64,000 nucleotides of DNA from a bacterium (GCA_963675755.2 CAXXMD010000003.1:1408001-1472000); one strand, 5' to 3'. Positions 47,457 to 58,052 are shown, numbered from the stretch's first letter. Numbers and translations: made by a program. Notes: a model not told the origin generated them from the sequence alone.

Positions 47457-49037
47457 ATGGATCATAAAAAACAGGTGACGTTGAAATTGATGGGGAATTT
47501 CCAATACAAAAATTCTTATATCTTTATCCTTTTTTCCATTTTTTCCGGTACCCTGTATGCATTGTCTTCATGGTACCCGGTTTTGGGTTATTCAATCTGG
47601 CTCACTCAAATTCCATTTATCATTGCGGTATTACAATGCCCGACAAAACGCTGGAAACTCGGATTGAGTTATGGAACAGCCTATGGCATTATATTTTTCT
47701 TGTGGGTCCCGGATATTGTACAAAACATTTCCGGCAGCACATTCCTGCTGCCCGGGTTGAGTTATGTTTTTATATCCCTGTACATAATACTGTTTCCTCT
47801 TTTATTCACCCTTTTTGTCGGCCTTGGCCGAAAACGATTTTCTTTTAATCAGATACATTGGATATGGCTGGTTCCTGCCTTGTGGGTCATTACAGAATGG
47901 AGCAATACAATCCTCATAACGCATTTCCCCTGGGCTCCGTTTTTCATTGGCTACCGTCAGGCCAACAACCTGTTGGCATTGCAGGTTGTATCCATTTCCG
48001 GTATTATGGGACTTTCATTCCTTATCATACTCATTAACACCCTGTTTGCTTTTTTCTTTATCCGCAAGCAATACAGGTGGCCCATTGCTGCTATTAGTGT
48101 ATTTATTGTATTGCATGTATACGGCATGGTATCCCTGCAGCAATTCAATTCTGACAAATCAGCCAAAACTGTCAAAACCGCTCTGATTGTGGAAAATGTC
48201 AACAGCAGTACCGGATGGAACGACGCTACCGGTGACTCTTTATCACAGATGCTGTTTGTTCTGAACCGACAAGCTGTGCAGGATTCTCCCAAACTTTCTC
48301 TCTGGACCGAGACTGCGCTGCCCTGGGTATTACAGCCAGATGATCAATTTATTCCTCTGGTATTGCAAACAACATGGCCGGCCCAATGCACCCACATCTT
48401 GGGGATCAATACCGAGGGTAAAAAACGCACCGGTAATGTTTACAATTCCGCGCTTTGTATAGAACCTGACGGCAGGATTAGCGACATGTATCACAAACAG
48501 AACCTCTTGTGGTTCATTGAACAACCTGTCAAACTATTACCCTTTGCCGCGCGCTTGCAGCAGGAACGCTATCGTACGAGTGTTTATGATAATGTGGAAG
48601 CGGGTACACGTCCCGGTGTTATGCGAACAGGTGAAGGATTGGCAGGGGTACGTATCTGTAATGAATGGATCATCCCCGGAGCAATCCGGTCCGCTGTTCA
48701 GCAGGGAGCGGATCTATTGCTCAATATGAGTAATAACGGCTATATGGAGCACCCCTTTTTGCCACAGATTCAATGGATTGAAACCCGAACCCGCGCGGTT
48801 GAAAACCGCCGCGATGTAGCCATTGCTTGTAATTATGGGTTCAGCGGCCACATTGCCGCCTCAGGCAAGATCGTTCACAAACAACGTTCGCGGCAGGGTG
48901 CATATATTCCGGTCAATTTAGAGATCCATACCACGCAAACCCTGTATACAAAACTCGGGGACTGGTTTCCACTGCTCTGCGCGTTTGCGTGCGTGGTGTT
49001 TGCAGGGATTGTGTTTATCAGGAAAAACAAAATTTGA
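47457..49037 (+). CDS. lnt: Apolipoprotein N-acyltransferase
   Basis: Multi-TM N-terminus ('FPW', 'GIMGLSF'); nitrilase triad 'WTETA', 'YHKQNL', 'ICNE'; 'RAVENRR'; 'TLYTKLGDW'. Confidence 0.85.
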   Translation: MDHKKQVTLKLMGNFQYKNSYIFILFSIFSGTLYALSSWYPVLGYSIWLTQIPFIIAVLQCPTKRWKLGLSYGTAYGIIFFLWVPDIVQNISGSTFLLPGLSYVFISLYIILFPLLFTLFVGLGRKRFSFNQIHWIWLVPALWVITEWSNTILITHFPWAPFFIGYRQANNLLALQVVSISGIMGLSFLIILINTLFAFFFIRKQYRWPIAAISVFIVLHVYGMVSLQQFNSDKSAKTVKTALIVENVNSSTGWNDATGDSLSQMLFVLNRQAVQDSPKLSLWTETALPWVLQPDDQFIPLVLQTTWPAQCTHILGINTEGKKRTGNVYNSALCIEPDGRISDMYHKQNLLWFIEQPVKLLPFAARLQQERYRTSVYDNVEAGTRPGVMRTGEGLAGVRICNEWIIPGAIRSAVQQGADLLLNMSNNGYMEHPFLPQIQWIETRTRAVENRRDVAIACNYGFSGHIAASGKIVHKQRSRQGAYIPVNLEIHTTQTLYTKLGDWFPLLCAFACVVFAGIVFIRKNKI

Positions 49038-49092
49038 TCAATATGATATATATCCTCCCGGATGTCTGGACCTCCGGGAGGTGTTAAAAATT

Positions 49093-49845
49093 CTACTGCA
49101 GCCCCGCAAAAGAGTAATTGGTAAAGTGCCTGACCGGGTCATTGATCTTGATGGGCTCTCGCACCAGAAACGGTTCACCGTAAATGGCGCCAATCTTGTT
49201 TCCCCAGTATTGTCCCCGCGCGATAATGGATTGTAAAAACTGCGGTGAGCTGATATAGGTGGCATCCTTCGAGTTGAAGGGCTTGTCCGGATTGTGAAAC
49301 TGCGAGTTGTAGGACTGTATAGCCTTGACCTTGTCTTCAAAGCTGTCAGACACATCCACAATAAACGACGGTTCAAAGTCGTACATTTCCATATAATAGA
49401 TCAGCTTGGCGGGACGGAAATGCTTTTGTCCCGTATCTATATTTTTAAGTCCTGCCAGAAACGCGGCTTCCTTGACCAGCACCGAGGTGTTGCCGTGATC
49501 GGGATGGCGGGTCTCCCAGTACGGCACAAACAGGATGTCCGGCTGGTGCTCGCGGATCTGCTCGATCACCTTGATGCGGTTCTCCTCTGTATTAAACACG
49601 CCACCGTCGGGGATGTCCAGCATTTTGTTCACCGAAAGGCCCAGTATCCTGGCCGAATTTTCATTCTCCTGCTTGCGGATCTCGGGCGTGCCGCGGGTGC
49701 CCAGCTCTGCTTTGGTGAGCGAAACCACACCGGTTTTATAGCCCATCCGTTTCAGTTTAATCAGGGTGCCGGCGCACATAAGTTCGATATCGTCAGGGTG
49801 CGCGCCAAAGGCCATTACATCTATTTTTTCATTGGGGGTATTCAT
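49093..49845 (-). CDS. bshB1: Bacillithiol biosynthesis N-acetylglucosaminyl-malate deacetylase
   Basis: 'FGAHPDDIEL', 'ELGTRGT...R..E', 'RHPDH', 'VDVSD..EDK..AI.SY.SQF'; directly downstream of bshC. Confidence 0.92.
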   Translation of the reverse strand: MNTPNEKIDVMAFGAHPDDIELMCAGTLIKLKRMGYKTGVVSLTKAELGTRGTPEIRKQENENSARILGLSVNKMLDIPDGGVFNTEENRIKVIEQIREHQPDILFVPYWETRHPDHGNTSVLVKEAAFLAGLKNIDTGQKHFRPAKLIYYMEMYDFEPSFIVDVSDSFEDKVKAIQSYNSQFHNPDKPFNSKDATYISSPQFLQSIIARGQYWGNKIGAIYGEPFLVREPIKINDPVRHFTNYSFAGLQ

Positions 49846-49847
49846 TT

Positions 49848-51455
49848 TTATAATTCTATTCCTTTATGTTCAAATTTGGCAATTTCTATTTCATCATATA
49901 TCCGTCTTAGCAGCGGTGTATCATATTTTACCAGAAAGGGCAATATGTTGATTTTGCGCTCCTGTAGCCCGCCCTCCGGCATCAGGTGGTTCACAATCGA
50001 TTCCAGTTGATTGCGTATCACCTGCTCGCGCTGTTCCACAGCTTTGAGAACCCGGCCCTCCAGCGAGGCAATCTGTTTTTCCATGTTACCGCTGGTCTTT
50101 TCAAAAGCTGATTGCAGCGTGGCTTCTATCTCTTTTGCAGCTGTTCCCAGTGATGCAAGCTGCTCCCCGAGTTGGGACTGTAATACCGCAAACTGTTCCT
50201 GAATATCTACAGGTACACGAGACTGCATTACATCCCGGATAACTCCTTCAGGGTCGGCAATGACCTGTTCAGCGGTCAATCCAAACGCATCCAGATGTTT
50301 TTGAATTTTTGGTTCAATCAGGGTAAACGCCGCACGGGGATACACCACCGGCATGTTCATATCCATAGCATCGTAAATGCCCTTTAATTGCGCCCAATAG
50401 GCAATCTCTCCCGGTCCGCCCACATAGACAACCGTGGGAAACAGAATATCCTGCGCAATAGGACGTGTAGAGACTTTGGGACTGAGCTTTTCCGACTGCG
50501 CTATTAACTCGTCTAGGGTGTATTTCCGGTTATCACCCAGGCTGATGAATTCGTCTCCCTCTCGCTGCAAACCATGTCTGCCGTTATCGAGTAAAAACAG
50601 ATTGGGTCTGCCGGATTGAACGGTGATCTGGGTATGATACCCCGCTTTTTCCAATTGATCGTTGGTTTCCTGCATGACAGGATTACAAACATCCTCTCGC
50701 AGCTCTTTTTCAAACAGATCGGTTAAAAAGGGTTTAACGCGTGAATCTGACGAGTCAAACAGCACAATGCCATATTCCGCAAACAATGCCTGGTACCAGC
50801 GCGCAAAGGCAATATGCAGATACTCACCGGGCGTATAAGCCGATTTCAGTTTTTGCATCCAGTTTGCTTTAAACTCGGTATCGGGCAAGTCGGCATCCAA
50901 CGTTTCCAACAATTGCAGGATATTATCATTCAGTTTAATCTGAGCAACGGGTACACGATCCGGCAACGTTTCCGGTTCAAAGGTGAGCGATTTCACCGCA
51001 TTGCTTTTATCGATATAGGTTGTGCTCTTGATCTCTTCAAAATCGTGGTCTTCTGACACCAGGTAAAATACGGGTACCACGGGGCGGCCCAGCCGCTGCG
51101 TCAGGGTGTTTGCCAGTTTAATTGCGGTCAAAGATTTGTGTATGGTAAACAGCGGTCCACCAAAAAGTCCTGCCTGCTGCCCGGATACCACAGCAAGGGT
51201 ATCGGGTTGTCTCAGCAGCTCAATGTTTTGAAAGGTAGCGTCTGCGGCGTTAAAATTCCGGTTCTGGTCGATTAATATGTCAGCCAGTTCATTTCGATGC
51301 GGACGATTAACAATCTGCAAACGATTCGCAATATTTTTAAAACTGGAACAGTCCTGAAAGTGCCCGTTAAAAAAAGGACCTGTATTTTCAAAAGCGCTGA
51401 AATAATCCCGGGTAAGCTTTGAAAGTCCGGGTATATTTTCAAGTTTCAGCTTCAT
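49848..51455 (-). CDS. bshC: Bacillithiol biosynthesis cysteine-adding enzyme
   Basis: 'VVSGQQAGLFGGPLFT..K', 'SEDHDFEEI', 'SPKVSTRP..QD..FPT..YVGGPGEIAYWAQL', 'LQER'. Confidence 0.95.
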   Translation of the reverse strand: MKLKLENIPGLSKLTRDYFSAFENTGPFFNGHFQDCSSFKNIANRLQIVNRPHRNELADILIDQNRNFNAADATFQNIELLRQPDTLAVVSGQQAGLFGGPLFTIHKSLTAIKLANTLTQRLGRPVVPVFYLVSEDHDFEEIKSTTYIDKSNAVKSLTFEPETLPDRVPVAQIKLNDNILQLLETLDADLPDTEFKANWMQKLKSAYTPGEYLHIAFARWYQALFAEYGIVLFDSSDSRVKPFLTDLFEKELREDVCNPVMQETNDQLEKAGYHTQITVQSGRPNLFLLDNGRHGLQREGDEFISLGDNRKYTLDELIAQSEKLSPKVSTRPIAQDILFPTVVYVGGPGEIAYWAQLKGIYDAMDMNMPVVYPRAAFTLIEPKIQKHLDAFGLTAEQVIADPEGVIRDVMQSRVPVDIQEQFAVLQSQLGEQLASLGTAAKEIEATLQSAFEKTSGNMEKQIASLEGRVLKAVEQREQVIRNQLESIVNHLMPEGGLQERKINILPFLVKYDTPLLRRIYDEIEIAKFEHKGIEL

Positions 51456-52183
51456 CTCTTTTCTCCGATCATGATCAATCGCGGAGAGTTGCGGGTAAAG
51501 GGATTCTGTTCATAATCTCCATATATCGCTATACATTCCAATCCAGAGCGTTCAAAAAACTGCAGTAACTCAATCAACCGGTAAGCACGAACGGATTCGT
51601 GGTATTCACGAACATCCCCATTGTCTTTTACGGTTATCTTTTTTTCAAACCGGTTTGTGTGTAAATTAAAGCTCCGCTCCTGGATTATCGTCATATTATT
51701 GCGAACCTGGGTGTCACTGTTAATATTGGGCAATGCCTGCATCATGTTGAGATAATCGAAGAGAAACACGCCACCCGGTTTTAATGCCCGGGCAATACCA
51801 CGGATAACCTGCTCGTTTTCTGCATCATTGTCAAAATATCCAAAACTGGTAAACAGGCTTAGAATAATATCAAACGCATTCTCAAAAGGAATGTCCCGCA
51901 TGTCTCCCCTCACCAGGGGAAAGCTGCGATCGTTTTCCCGGTTCTTGTCCAGCGCCAAAGTCAGTAACTCGGTAGACAGATCCAGTCCAACCACATCCAG
52001 ACCCTGCTGAGCGCAAACGGCGCTGTTGCGCCCATAACCGCAAGCAAGATCCAGCACTCGCTGGCCCGGCTGCATATCCAAAACATTCATAGCAAATTTG
52101 ATAATTTTTTTGGCCTCATTCTCATTCCGGTGCGGATAGATGGTCAAATAGTCGTGTCCAAAGGTCTTTTTATACCAGCTCAT
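51452..52183 (-). CDS. Class I SAM-dependent methyltransferase, candidate N-methyl-bacillithiol synthase (NmbA-like)
   Basis: 'VLDLACGYGR', 'GLDLS', 'GDMR', 'LFTSFGYF'; ATGA overlap with bshC. Start taken as ATG 52183. Confidence 0.85.
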   Translation of the reverse strand: MSWYKKTFGHDYLTIYPHRNENEAKKIIKFAMNVLDMQPGQRVLDLACGYGRNSAVCAQQGLDVVGLDLSTELLTLALDKNRENDRSFPLVRGDMRDIPFENAFDIILSLFTSFGYFDNDAENEQVIRGIARALKPGGVFLFDYLNMMQALPNINSDTQVRNNMTIIQERSFNLHTNRFEKKITVKDNGDVREYHESVRAYRLIELLQFFERSGLECIAIYGDYEQNPFTRNSPRLIMIGEKR

Positions 52184-52354
52184 AAATAATATCAGATTGT
52201 TTAACATGTTTAATTTCAATTTCTTATAATCTAAAAATAAATATCAATTTATAAAAGGTTAATTTTCTGTTAACAGATACCTGTAACAGAATAAAGAGTT
52301 GTAACATTTCATAAAAAATTTGTAAATTATAGGCTTTAGAAAGGAGTTGTAATT

Positions 52355-53056
52355 TTGAGCCATATAGAATTGGTATTATTTGATTTGGACGGCACCTTGT
52401 GTGACACCGCTCCCGATGTCCATGACAGTGTCAATATGGCCCTTGAAAAAATGGATCTTCCTCCGGTCTCACTCGACCAGACAATGAAGGCCATAGGGCC
52501 CGGCCCCGGTATCTTTTCCCGAATTATATTAGGAGAAAAGAACCTTGACCGTTATGATGAATATATTCATATTTTTCGTCCCATTTATCATGACCGTTGC
52601 TTGACCAAAACCCGTTTGTTTGACGGTATTGATGATCTGATTGACGGTCTGCACGACCGCAGTATCAAAGTGGGTATGGTAACCAATAAACCCTTACCCG
52701 GTACAACAATCATTTTAAAGGGACTGGACCGGTTTAACCGGTTCGATACCATTATCTGCGCGGATATGGTAGAACACCCCAAGCCTGATCCGGATATGGT
52801 TTACAAGGCATGTCAGGAAATCGGGGTGCTCCCAGAACAGGCCATGCTTATTGGAGATACAGACAATGACATCCTCTCGGCCAATAACGCCGGGGCATAT
52901 AGCTGTCTGGCCGGCTGGGGGTACTCGAGCGAAATGGACAAACTTGAAATGATCAGCGATTTCAGGGTTGAAAATCCTCTGCAAGTGCTGGATATTGTAG
53001 ATCGTTCAGACATTCCAAAAAAAAGTAAAATTGAATTATTCAACCAACAGGATTAA
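52355..53056 (+). CDS. HAD-superfamily hydrolase (phosphoglycolate phosphatase-like)
   Basis: 'FDLDGTL.D', 'VTNK', 'PKPDP', 'IGDTDNDI'; TTG start after AAGGAG. Confidence 0.92.
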   Translation: MSHIELVLFDLDGTLCDTAPDVHDSVNMALEKMDLPPVSLDQTMKAIGPGPGIFSRIILGEKNLDRYDEYIHIFRPIYHDRCLTKTRLFDGIDDLIDGLHDRSIKVGMVTNKPLPGTTIILKGLDRFNRFDTIICADMVEHPKPDPDMVYKACQEIGVLPEQAMLIGDTDNDILSANNAGAYSCLAGWGYSSEMDKLEMISDFRVENPLQVLDIVDRSDIPKKSKIELFNQQD

Positions 53057-53058
53057 CC

Positions 53059-53556
53059 ATGGATGCACATGAACATGTATACCTTCCCACATATAAAGGT
53101 TGCTTTATCTGCGGCGAGCACGATCATAATCCTTCCACTCTCAATGTGCGCTTTCGGGTGACAGACGAAGGTGTTGAAGTACCTTTTACTACTACTTATC
53201 GTCAGGCGGGTTACCAGGGTGTTGTCCATGGAGGTGTAATCTCGGCGCTGCTGGATGAAACCATTGGCTGGGCCGTAGCTGTGGAAACCAAAAAATATTT
53301 CATGACTGGTGAGCTGAATGTTCGCTTTGTTCGTCCCTTGCCTGTGGATCTTGATATTTTGGTAAAAGGACGCTTTGTGGAAAACAAGAAACGGTTTTCC
53401 ACCGCCGAAGGTGAAATTGTGGACAAGGAAGGTACCATTTATGCCAAAGCCACGGGTAAATTTTTTCCAATGCCCGAAGAGTTTACTAAAAACGTCAAAG
53501 ACTATTTGACATTTCAGGAAAATGATCTCGACATCCTCACCGGAGAACATAAATAA
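53059..53556 (+). CDS. PaaI-family hotdog thioesterase
   Basis: 'CFICG..NP', 'GYQGVVHGGVISALLDE', 'TGELNVRFVRPLP'. Confidence 0.9.
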   Translation: MDAHEHVYLPTYKGCFICGEHDHNPSTLNVRFRVTDEGVEVPFTTTYRQAGYQGVVHGGVISALLDETIGWAVAVETKKYFMTGELNVRFVRPLPVDLDILVKGRFVENKKRFSTAEGEIVDKEGTIYAKATGKFFPMPEEFTKNVKDYLTFQENDLDILTGEHK

Positions 53557-53573
53557 AAAAAGTAGAATCCCCA

Positions 53574-53608
53574 AAAATCGTGGCAGAGATCTTCTCTGTC
53601 ACGATTTT
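53574..53608. repeat. Family-B palindrome, copy 3 (likely also a terminator)
   Basis: AAAATCGTGGCAGAGA-TCT-TCTCTGTCACGATTTT. Confidence 0.85.
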
Positions 53609-53782
53609 CTTCTCTCGAATATACGAATACTCACAAATATAGCGAATTCTTCATTATCAATAAAACATCTATTAACCAACAGAGTCTGGTAGATAATATA
53701 AAAGCAATTATCATTAATCAAAATATCATTTTGTAATTAATCAGATTTGCCTTAAATTCTCTTTTCATAAAAGGAGATCATC

Positions 53783-55267
53783 ATGCCGGAATGGGCCGCT
53801 AACCGCATCGGATATCAATGTTTTGTAGACAGTTTTGCCATTGGCAATCAATCCATTCATGACAAAGCTTCGCTTTACCCGGAAACCGTTTACGGAGAAA
53901 AAACCCGTCTGCTGGACTGGGGAGAAGAATTTGACCGATACAGTTACGGTTACAGCTTTTACGGAGGTGACCTGCCCGGTGTAAGCCAGAATGTCTCCGT
54001 GTATTTATCCACTCTGGGCATTGATCTGCTTTACCTTACCCCCATATTCAAAGCCAATACCAACCATAAATACGATACCATGGACTATCGTCAGATAGAC
54101 CCGCAATTTGGTTCGCTAGAGGATTTTAAATCACTGGTTCATAACTGTCATAACCACAACATACGCCTTATCATAGACGGTGTGTTTAACCATACCAGTA
54201 AAGAGCATCCCTGGTTTTTAAAAGCACAAGAGGGAGAACAGCCCTTTACAAAATATTATAAAAAGAACAAAGAAGGTTATTACCTGTTCTGGTCCGGCAT
54301 AGACACACTGCCGCTGCTCAGTCATGACAGTGAGGATATACGTAAAGAACTTTACGAGTCTCCGGAAAGCGTAATCAGCTATTGGCTTGAACAGGGTGCA
54401 GACGGCTGGCGTCTGGATGTTGCTGAAGAACTGGGCCACGATGTTATCCGCAATATAAAATCCGCCATGAGTGAACGTCATCCTGAAAAACTCTTGATCG
54501 GCGAGGTCATGGAGACCTATGGCAAGAGCTGGCTGGGTAACGACTTGCTGGATGGTGTGATGAATTATGTGTTTCTGGGTACCACTGTCAATTTTCTTAC
54601 GGATAAAATTGACGGGATCAATTATATGGACGAGCTGGTCAAAATGTATAATGAATACCCCAAGCCACAACTCTTTACCAGTTGGAATCTCATTAGCAGT
54701 CACGATACCAACCGCATGCTGTACCAGGTAGACGGAAACGAAAATCTGTTCAAAATGGCTGTCACTTTGCAATTTACATATCCCGGTACACCCATGATCT
54801 ATTATGGTGACGAATTGGGTATCATACCAGGCAAAAAGGATGAAAGCAACCGACAGGGTATGGACTGGTCTGGTGCGGACTGGGTTACCCTAAAAGCCCC
54901 TGAACCGTGGAAACACATTCAAAGTATGGACTGGCAGCGAGCAAACCACTATAACAGCATCCATTTTTTTTACAAGCACATGATCTGGCTGCGTAGAAAT
55001 AATCCGGCATTGATTGACGGAGAGTTTATCCCTCTCTATTCCGATGAATTTACTCTGGCTTTTCTCAGACGCAAAGACAACAATCTGGTGGCAGTAATCG
55101 TCAACAAGGGTGCTTCCCGTAATATAAAAATCTCTGTTCCTGATGAAATACGTCAAATGGCTAAAGTACTGAAAAACGAGCATGGGCCGTTAAATCAACT
55201 CGATCTCACCCGTGATTCAGTTGAAATCCAGCTATATAAAGAAAATACCTGCATATTTTCAGGCTAG
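53783..55267 (+). CDS. GH13 alpha-amylase family (neopullulanase/cyclomaltodextrinase-like), cytoplasmic
   Basis: 'GGDL.G', 'NHKYDT.DY', 'DGVFNH', 'DGWRLDVA', 'IGEV', 'SSHDT', 'PMIYYGDE'. Confidence 0.92.
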   Translation: MPEWAANRIGYQCFVDSFAIGNQSIHDKASLYPETVYGEKTRLLDWGEEFDRYSYGYSFYGGDLPGVSQNVSVYLSTLGIDLLYLTPIFKANTNHKYDTMDYRQIDPQFGSLEDFKSLVHNCHNHNIRLIIDGVFNHTSKEHPWFLKAQEGEQPFTKYYKKNKEGYYLFWSGIDTLPLLSHDSEDIRKELYESPESVISYWLEQGADGWRLDVAEELGHDVIRNIKSAMSERHPEKLLIGEVMETYGKSWLGNDLLDGVMNYVFLGTTVNFLTDKIDGINYMDELVKMYNEYPKPQLFTSWNLISSHDTNRMLYQVDGNENLFKMAVTLQFTYPGTPMIYYGDELGIIPGKKDESNRQGMDWSGADWVTLKAPEPWKHIQSMDWQRANHYNSIHFFYKHMIWLRRNNPALIDGEFIPLYSDEFTLAFLRRKDNNLVAVIVNKGASRNIKISVPDEIRQMAKVLKNEHGPLNQLDLTRDSVEIQLYKENTCIFSG

Positions 55268-55377
55268 AGCTTTTTTTATCAAACTGAGAAAAAATCAAAC
55301 TAACCAATAGTTAATATTGATTTTAATTCTGATAAATCGTATATTTTCAGGTAGTTTGTCTGTAAAGGAAAAAACTG

Positions 55378-55899
55378 ATGAAAAAAATATTTTTAATTCT
55401 GGTTTTCCTGGTTTCCGGTTTTGCCGCGGCACAAGACAATCCATTCAAACAACTTGACTTTCTAATCGGGCACTGGCAGGGTACAGGCAGCGGTTTTGGA
55501 AATGAAACCTCTGTGATCCGGTCAGAATTCAACCGGATTATGAATAATACATTTATTGAAGTAAAAAACGATTCTAAATTCAAACCAACGGATAATAATC
55601 CCGAGGGAGAACACCATACAGACTGGGGTATGCTCAGCTTTGATAAGAGTAGAAAAAAGATCATTTTTCGCCAGTTTAACAATGAAGGTTTTGTAAATCA
55701 ATATATACTTGTTGATTCTTTATCAAATGACACAACCCTGGTATTTTTGACAGAATCGATTGAAAATTTTATGCCGGGTGGTAAAGCCAGATGGATCATT
55801 AATCGTAAATCTGAAAACACTATTGAAACATTATTTGATGTTTCTTTCCCTGGTAAAGAATACACCTGTTTCGGAACAAACCAATTAAGCAAAAAGTAA
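55378..55899 (+). CDS. Exported beta-barrel protein (DUF1579/THAP4-like)
   Basis: Signal peptide; 'LDFLIGHWQGTG' N-terminal motif. Confidence 0.6.
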   Translation: MKKIFLILVFLVSGFAAAQDNPFKQLDFLIGHWQGTGSGFGNETSVIRSEFNRIMNNTFIEVKNDSKFKPTDNNPEGEHHTDWGMLSFDKSRKKIIFRQFNNEGFVNQYILVDSLSNDTTLVFLTESIENFMPGGKARWIINRKSENTIETLFDVSFPGKEYTCFGTNQLSKK

Positions 55900-56067
55900 C
55901 ATAACAAACCAAGATTACTGATATTTTAGCAACTGTAAAACATTGCAAAAATATGTTTTGAAACTTGATTTTTGTAAAATATTTCCCCTATATTAAGTAT
56001 AATATATACATACAAATGAAATGTATTAATATTTATAATATTCCTATTAATTATTCGGAGTGTAACT

Positions 56068-57489
56068 ATGAGTGAAGAAAAAAAAGATCAGACTCCTGCG
56101 AAATCAGGTGGTGGTCTTGACCGTCGTGATTTTTTACAGGGTCTGGCAACTGCTCCTGTATTGGGTGCATTTGGACTGGCTCTGGGAAATCAAATGCATT
56201 TTGACAAAAAACAAAAAGAAAAAGTTCAGGCAAACCAAATGGAAGCTGCTGACCTGCCAAAAACCAACGTTGCATTGCTTGGTGCCGGCTCACAAGGTCA
56301 GGTGTTGATGAATGCCATGTTGAAACTGCCGTATGTAAACTTTGTTGCAGTTTGTGATATTTGGGAAGAATTCAATTTGATTCGTGCCACCAGAACATTA
56401 AAAGCATACAAACATGATGTACGCAGCTATACCGATTACAAAGAAATGCTGGCAAAAGAAAAAGACAATCTGGATGCCGTTGTAGTAGCTACTCCGGATT
56501 TCTGGCATGCAACACATGCTATTGCCTGTCTTGAAGCAGGATTAGATGTTTACTGTGAAAAAGAAATGTCTAACACCCTTGAAGGCGCCCGCAGCATGGT
56601 TGAAGCTGCCCGCCGTACAGGAAAAAAATTACAGATTGGGCATCAACGTCGCAGCCATCCCCGTTATCGTCATTGTTACGATAAAATTATCTCAGAGGCT
56701 GAAATGCTGGGACGTATTGTTACTGTCAACGGTCAATGGAACCGTTCCGTAACACCACCACTGGGTTACCCGAAACGCGCGGCCATGCCCAAAGAAAGAT
56801 TAAAAAAATACGGTTTCGAATCCATGGAACAATTCCGCAACTGGCGCTGGTACAAAGGCCTGGGTGGCGGAGCGATTGTAGATTTGGGTTCTCACCAGAT
56901 TGATATTTACAGCTGGTTCCTGCAAGCGAATCCCAAAGCTGTTATGGCAAGCGGTGGTAATGATTATTATCCTACTGATGTTTGTGAATGGTACGATACC
57001 GTAATGGTAGTATATGAATATGATACTCCAAAAGGTCCTGCCCGTGCATACTATCAGACCCAAACTACAAACGGCAGCCAGGGTTACTATGAAAAATTTA
57101 TGGGTGACGAAGGTACCCTGATTATTTCCGAATCCGAAGCCAACAACAAAGGCGCGGTATATCGCGAATCAACTGCTCCGGCATGGGATCAATGGGTAGA
57201 AAAAGGTTATATCTCTGCTCCCAAGATCAATACCCCAGGTGCAGAACCCGATGTTGTACTGGATGTTCGTGAAACAGCAACACCAGATGAACACAAAATC
57301 CCGGTTGATTTTAACGATCTGTATCATCGCCCGCACCTGGACAATTTTTTCCAGGCTGTACATGGCCAGGCCGAACTCAACTGCCCGCCTGAAATTGGTT
57401 ACGAAACCGCAGTTGCAGTTCTCAAAGTAAATGAAGCCATTAAAGCCCAGAAACGATTGGAATTCAAACCTGAAGAATTTCATGTCTAA
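56068..57489 (+). CDS. Tat-exported Gfo/Idh/MocA oxidoreductase
   Basis: Twin-arginine 'DRRDFL'; 'LGAGSQG', 'ATPDFWHA', 'VYCEKE', 'QIGHQRRS', 'NWRWY...GGG.IVDLGSHQID'. Confidence 0.92.
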   Translation: MSEEKKDQTPAKSGGGLDRRDFLQGLATAPVLGAFGLALGNQMHFDKKQKEKVQANQMEAADLPKTNVALLGAGSQGQVLMNAMLKLPYVNFVAVCDIWEEFNLIRATRTLKAYKHDVRSYTDYKEMLAKEKDNLDAVVVATPDFWHATHAIACLEAGLDVYCEKEMSNTLEGARSMVEAARRTGKKLQIGHQRRSHPRYRHCYDKIISEAEMLGRIVTVNGQWNRSVTPPLGYPKRAAMPKERLKKYGFESMEQFRNWRWYKGLGGGAIVDLGSHQIDIYSWFLQANPKAVMASGGNDYYPTDVCEWYDTVMVVYEYDTPKGPARAYYQTQTTNGSQGYYEKFMGDEGTLIISESEANNKGAVYRESTAPAWDQWVEKGYISAPKINTPGAEPDVVLDVRETATPDEHKIPVDFNDLYHRPHLDNFFQAVHGQAELNCPPEIGYETAVAVLKVNEAIKAQKRLEFKPEEFHV

Positions 57490-57538
57490 GTCCTGAAATC
57501 GCGATGAACCGTATTAAACCGAAAGGAAAATCACAGTA

Positions 57539-58024
57539 ATGAGTTTAGATAAAAATAATAAACTGCAAATGACCGCCCTTACCATTTTAAGGGTTTTGGT
57601 CGGCTGGCATTTTCTGTATGAAGGAATTGCCAAATTAATGAAAGACGGCTGGTCAGCTGCCGGATTTCTGGGACAAGCCAAGGGTGCTTTTGCTCCAATT
57701 TTTCATTGGATTGCCGATACCCCTGCTGTTTTGGATATTGTAAACCAGATGAACATTTGGGGCTTGATTGCAATCGGATTGGGTCTGATCATGGGTGCGT
57801 TTACCTCAATAGCCAGTATTGCGGGTATGATGCTCATTTTATTGTATTATGTATGTAATCCACCATTTACCGGATTATTTTACTCACTGCCATCTGAAGG
57901 TAATTACCTGATTGTGAATAAAAACCTGGTAGAATTTGGCGCCTTGTTTGTTCTTGCTGTTACATCCAGTGGAAAATTTTTAGGATTAGATCTGATTATA
58001 AGTAAACTCTTGAAACGGAAATAA
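57539..58024 (+). CDS. DoxX/DoxD-family membrane protein
   Basis: 'LRVLVGWHFLYEG..K...WSAAGFL', 'IGLGLI.G.FT', 'EGNYLIVNKNLVE'. Confidence 0.88.
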   Translation: MSLDKNNKLQMTALTILRVLVGWHFLYEGIAKLMKDGWSAAGFLGQAKGAFAPIFHWIADTPAVLDIVNQMNIWGLIAIGLGLIMGAFTSIASIAGMMLILLYYVCNPPFTGLFYSLPSEGNYLIVNKNLVEFGALFVLAVTSSGKFLGLDLIISKLLKRK

Positions 58025-58052
58025 TCTTTTTTTTGCACTGTTTTTAATATTA

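Noticed and set aside
53613-53647. Degenerate CGAAT-periodic stretch as another family-A copy
   Set aside because: Spacing is irregular and the core (CGAAT/CAAAT) is too divergent to call confidently.
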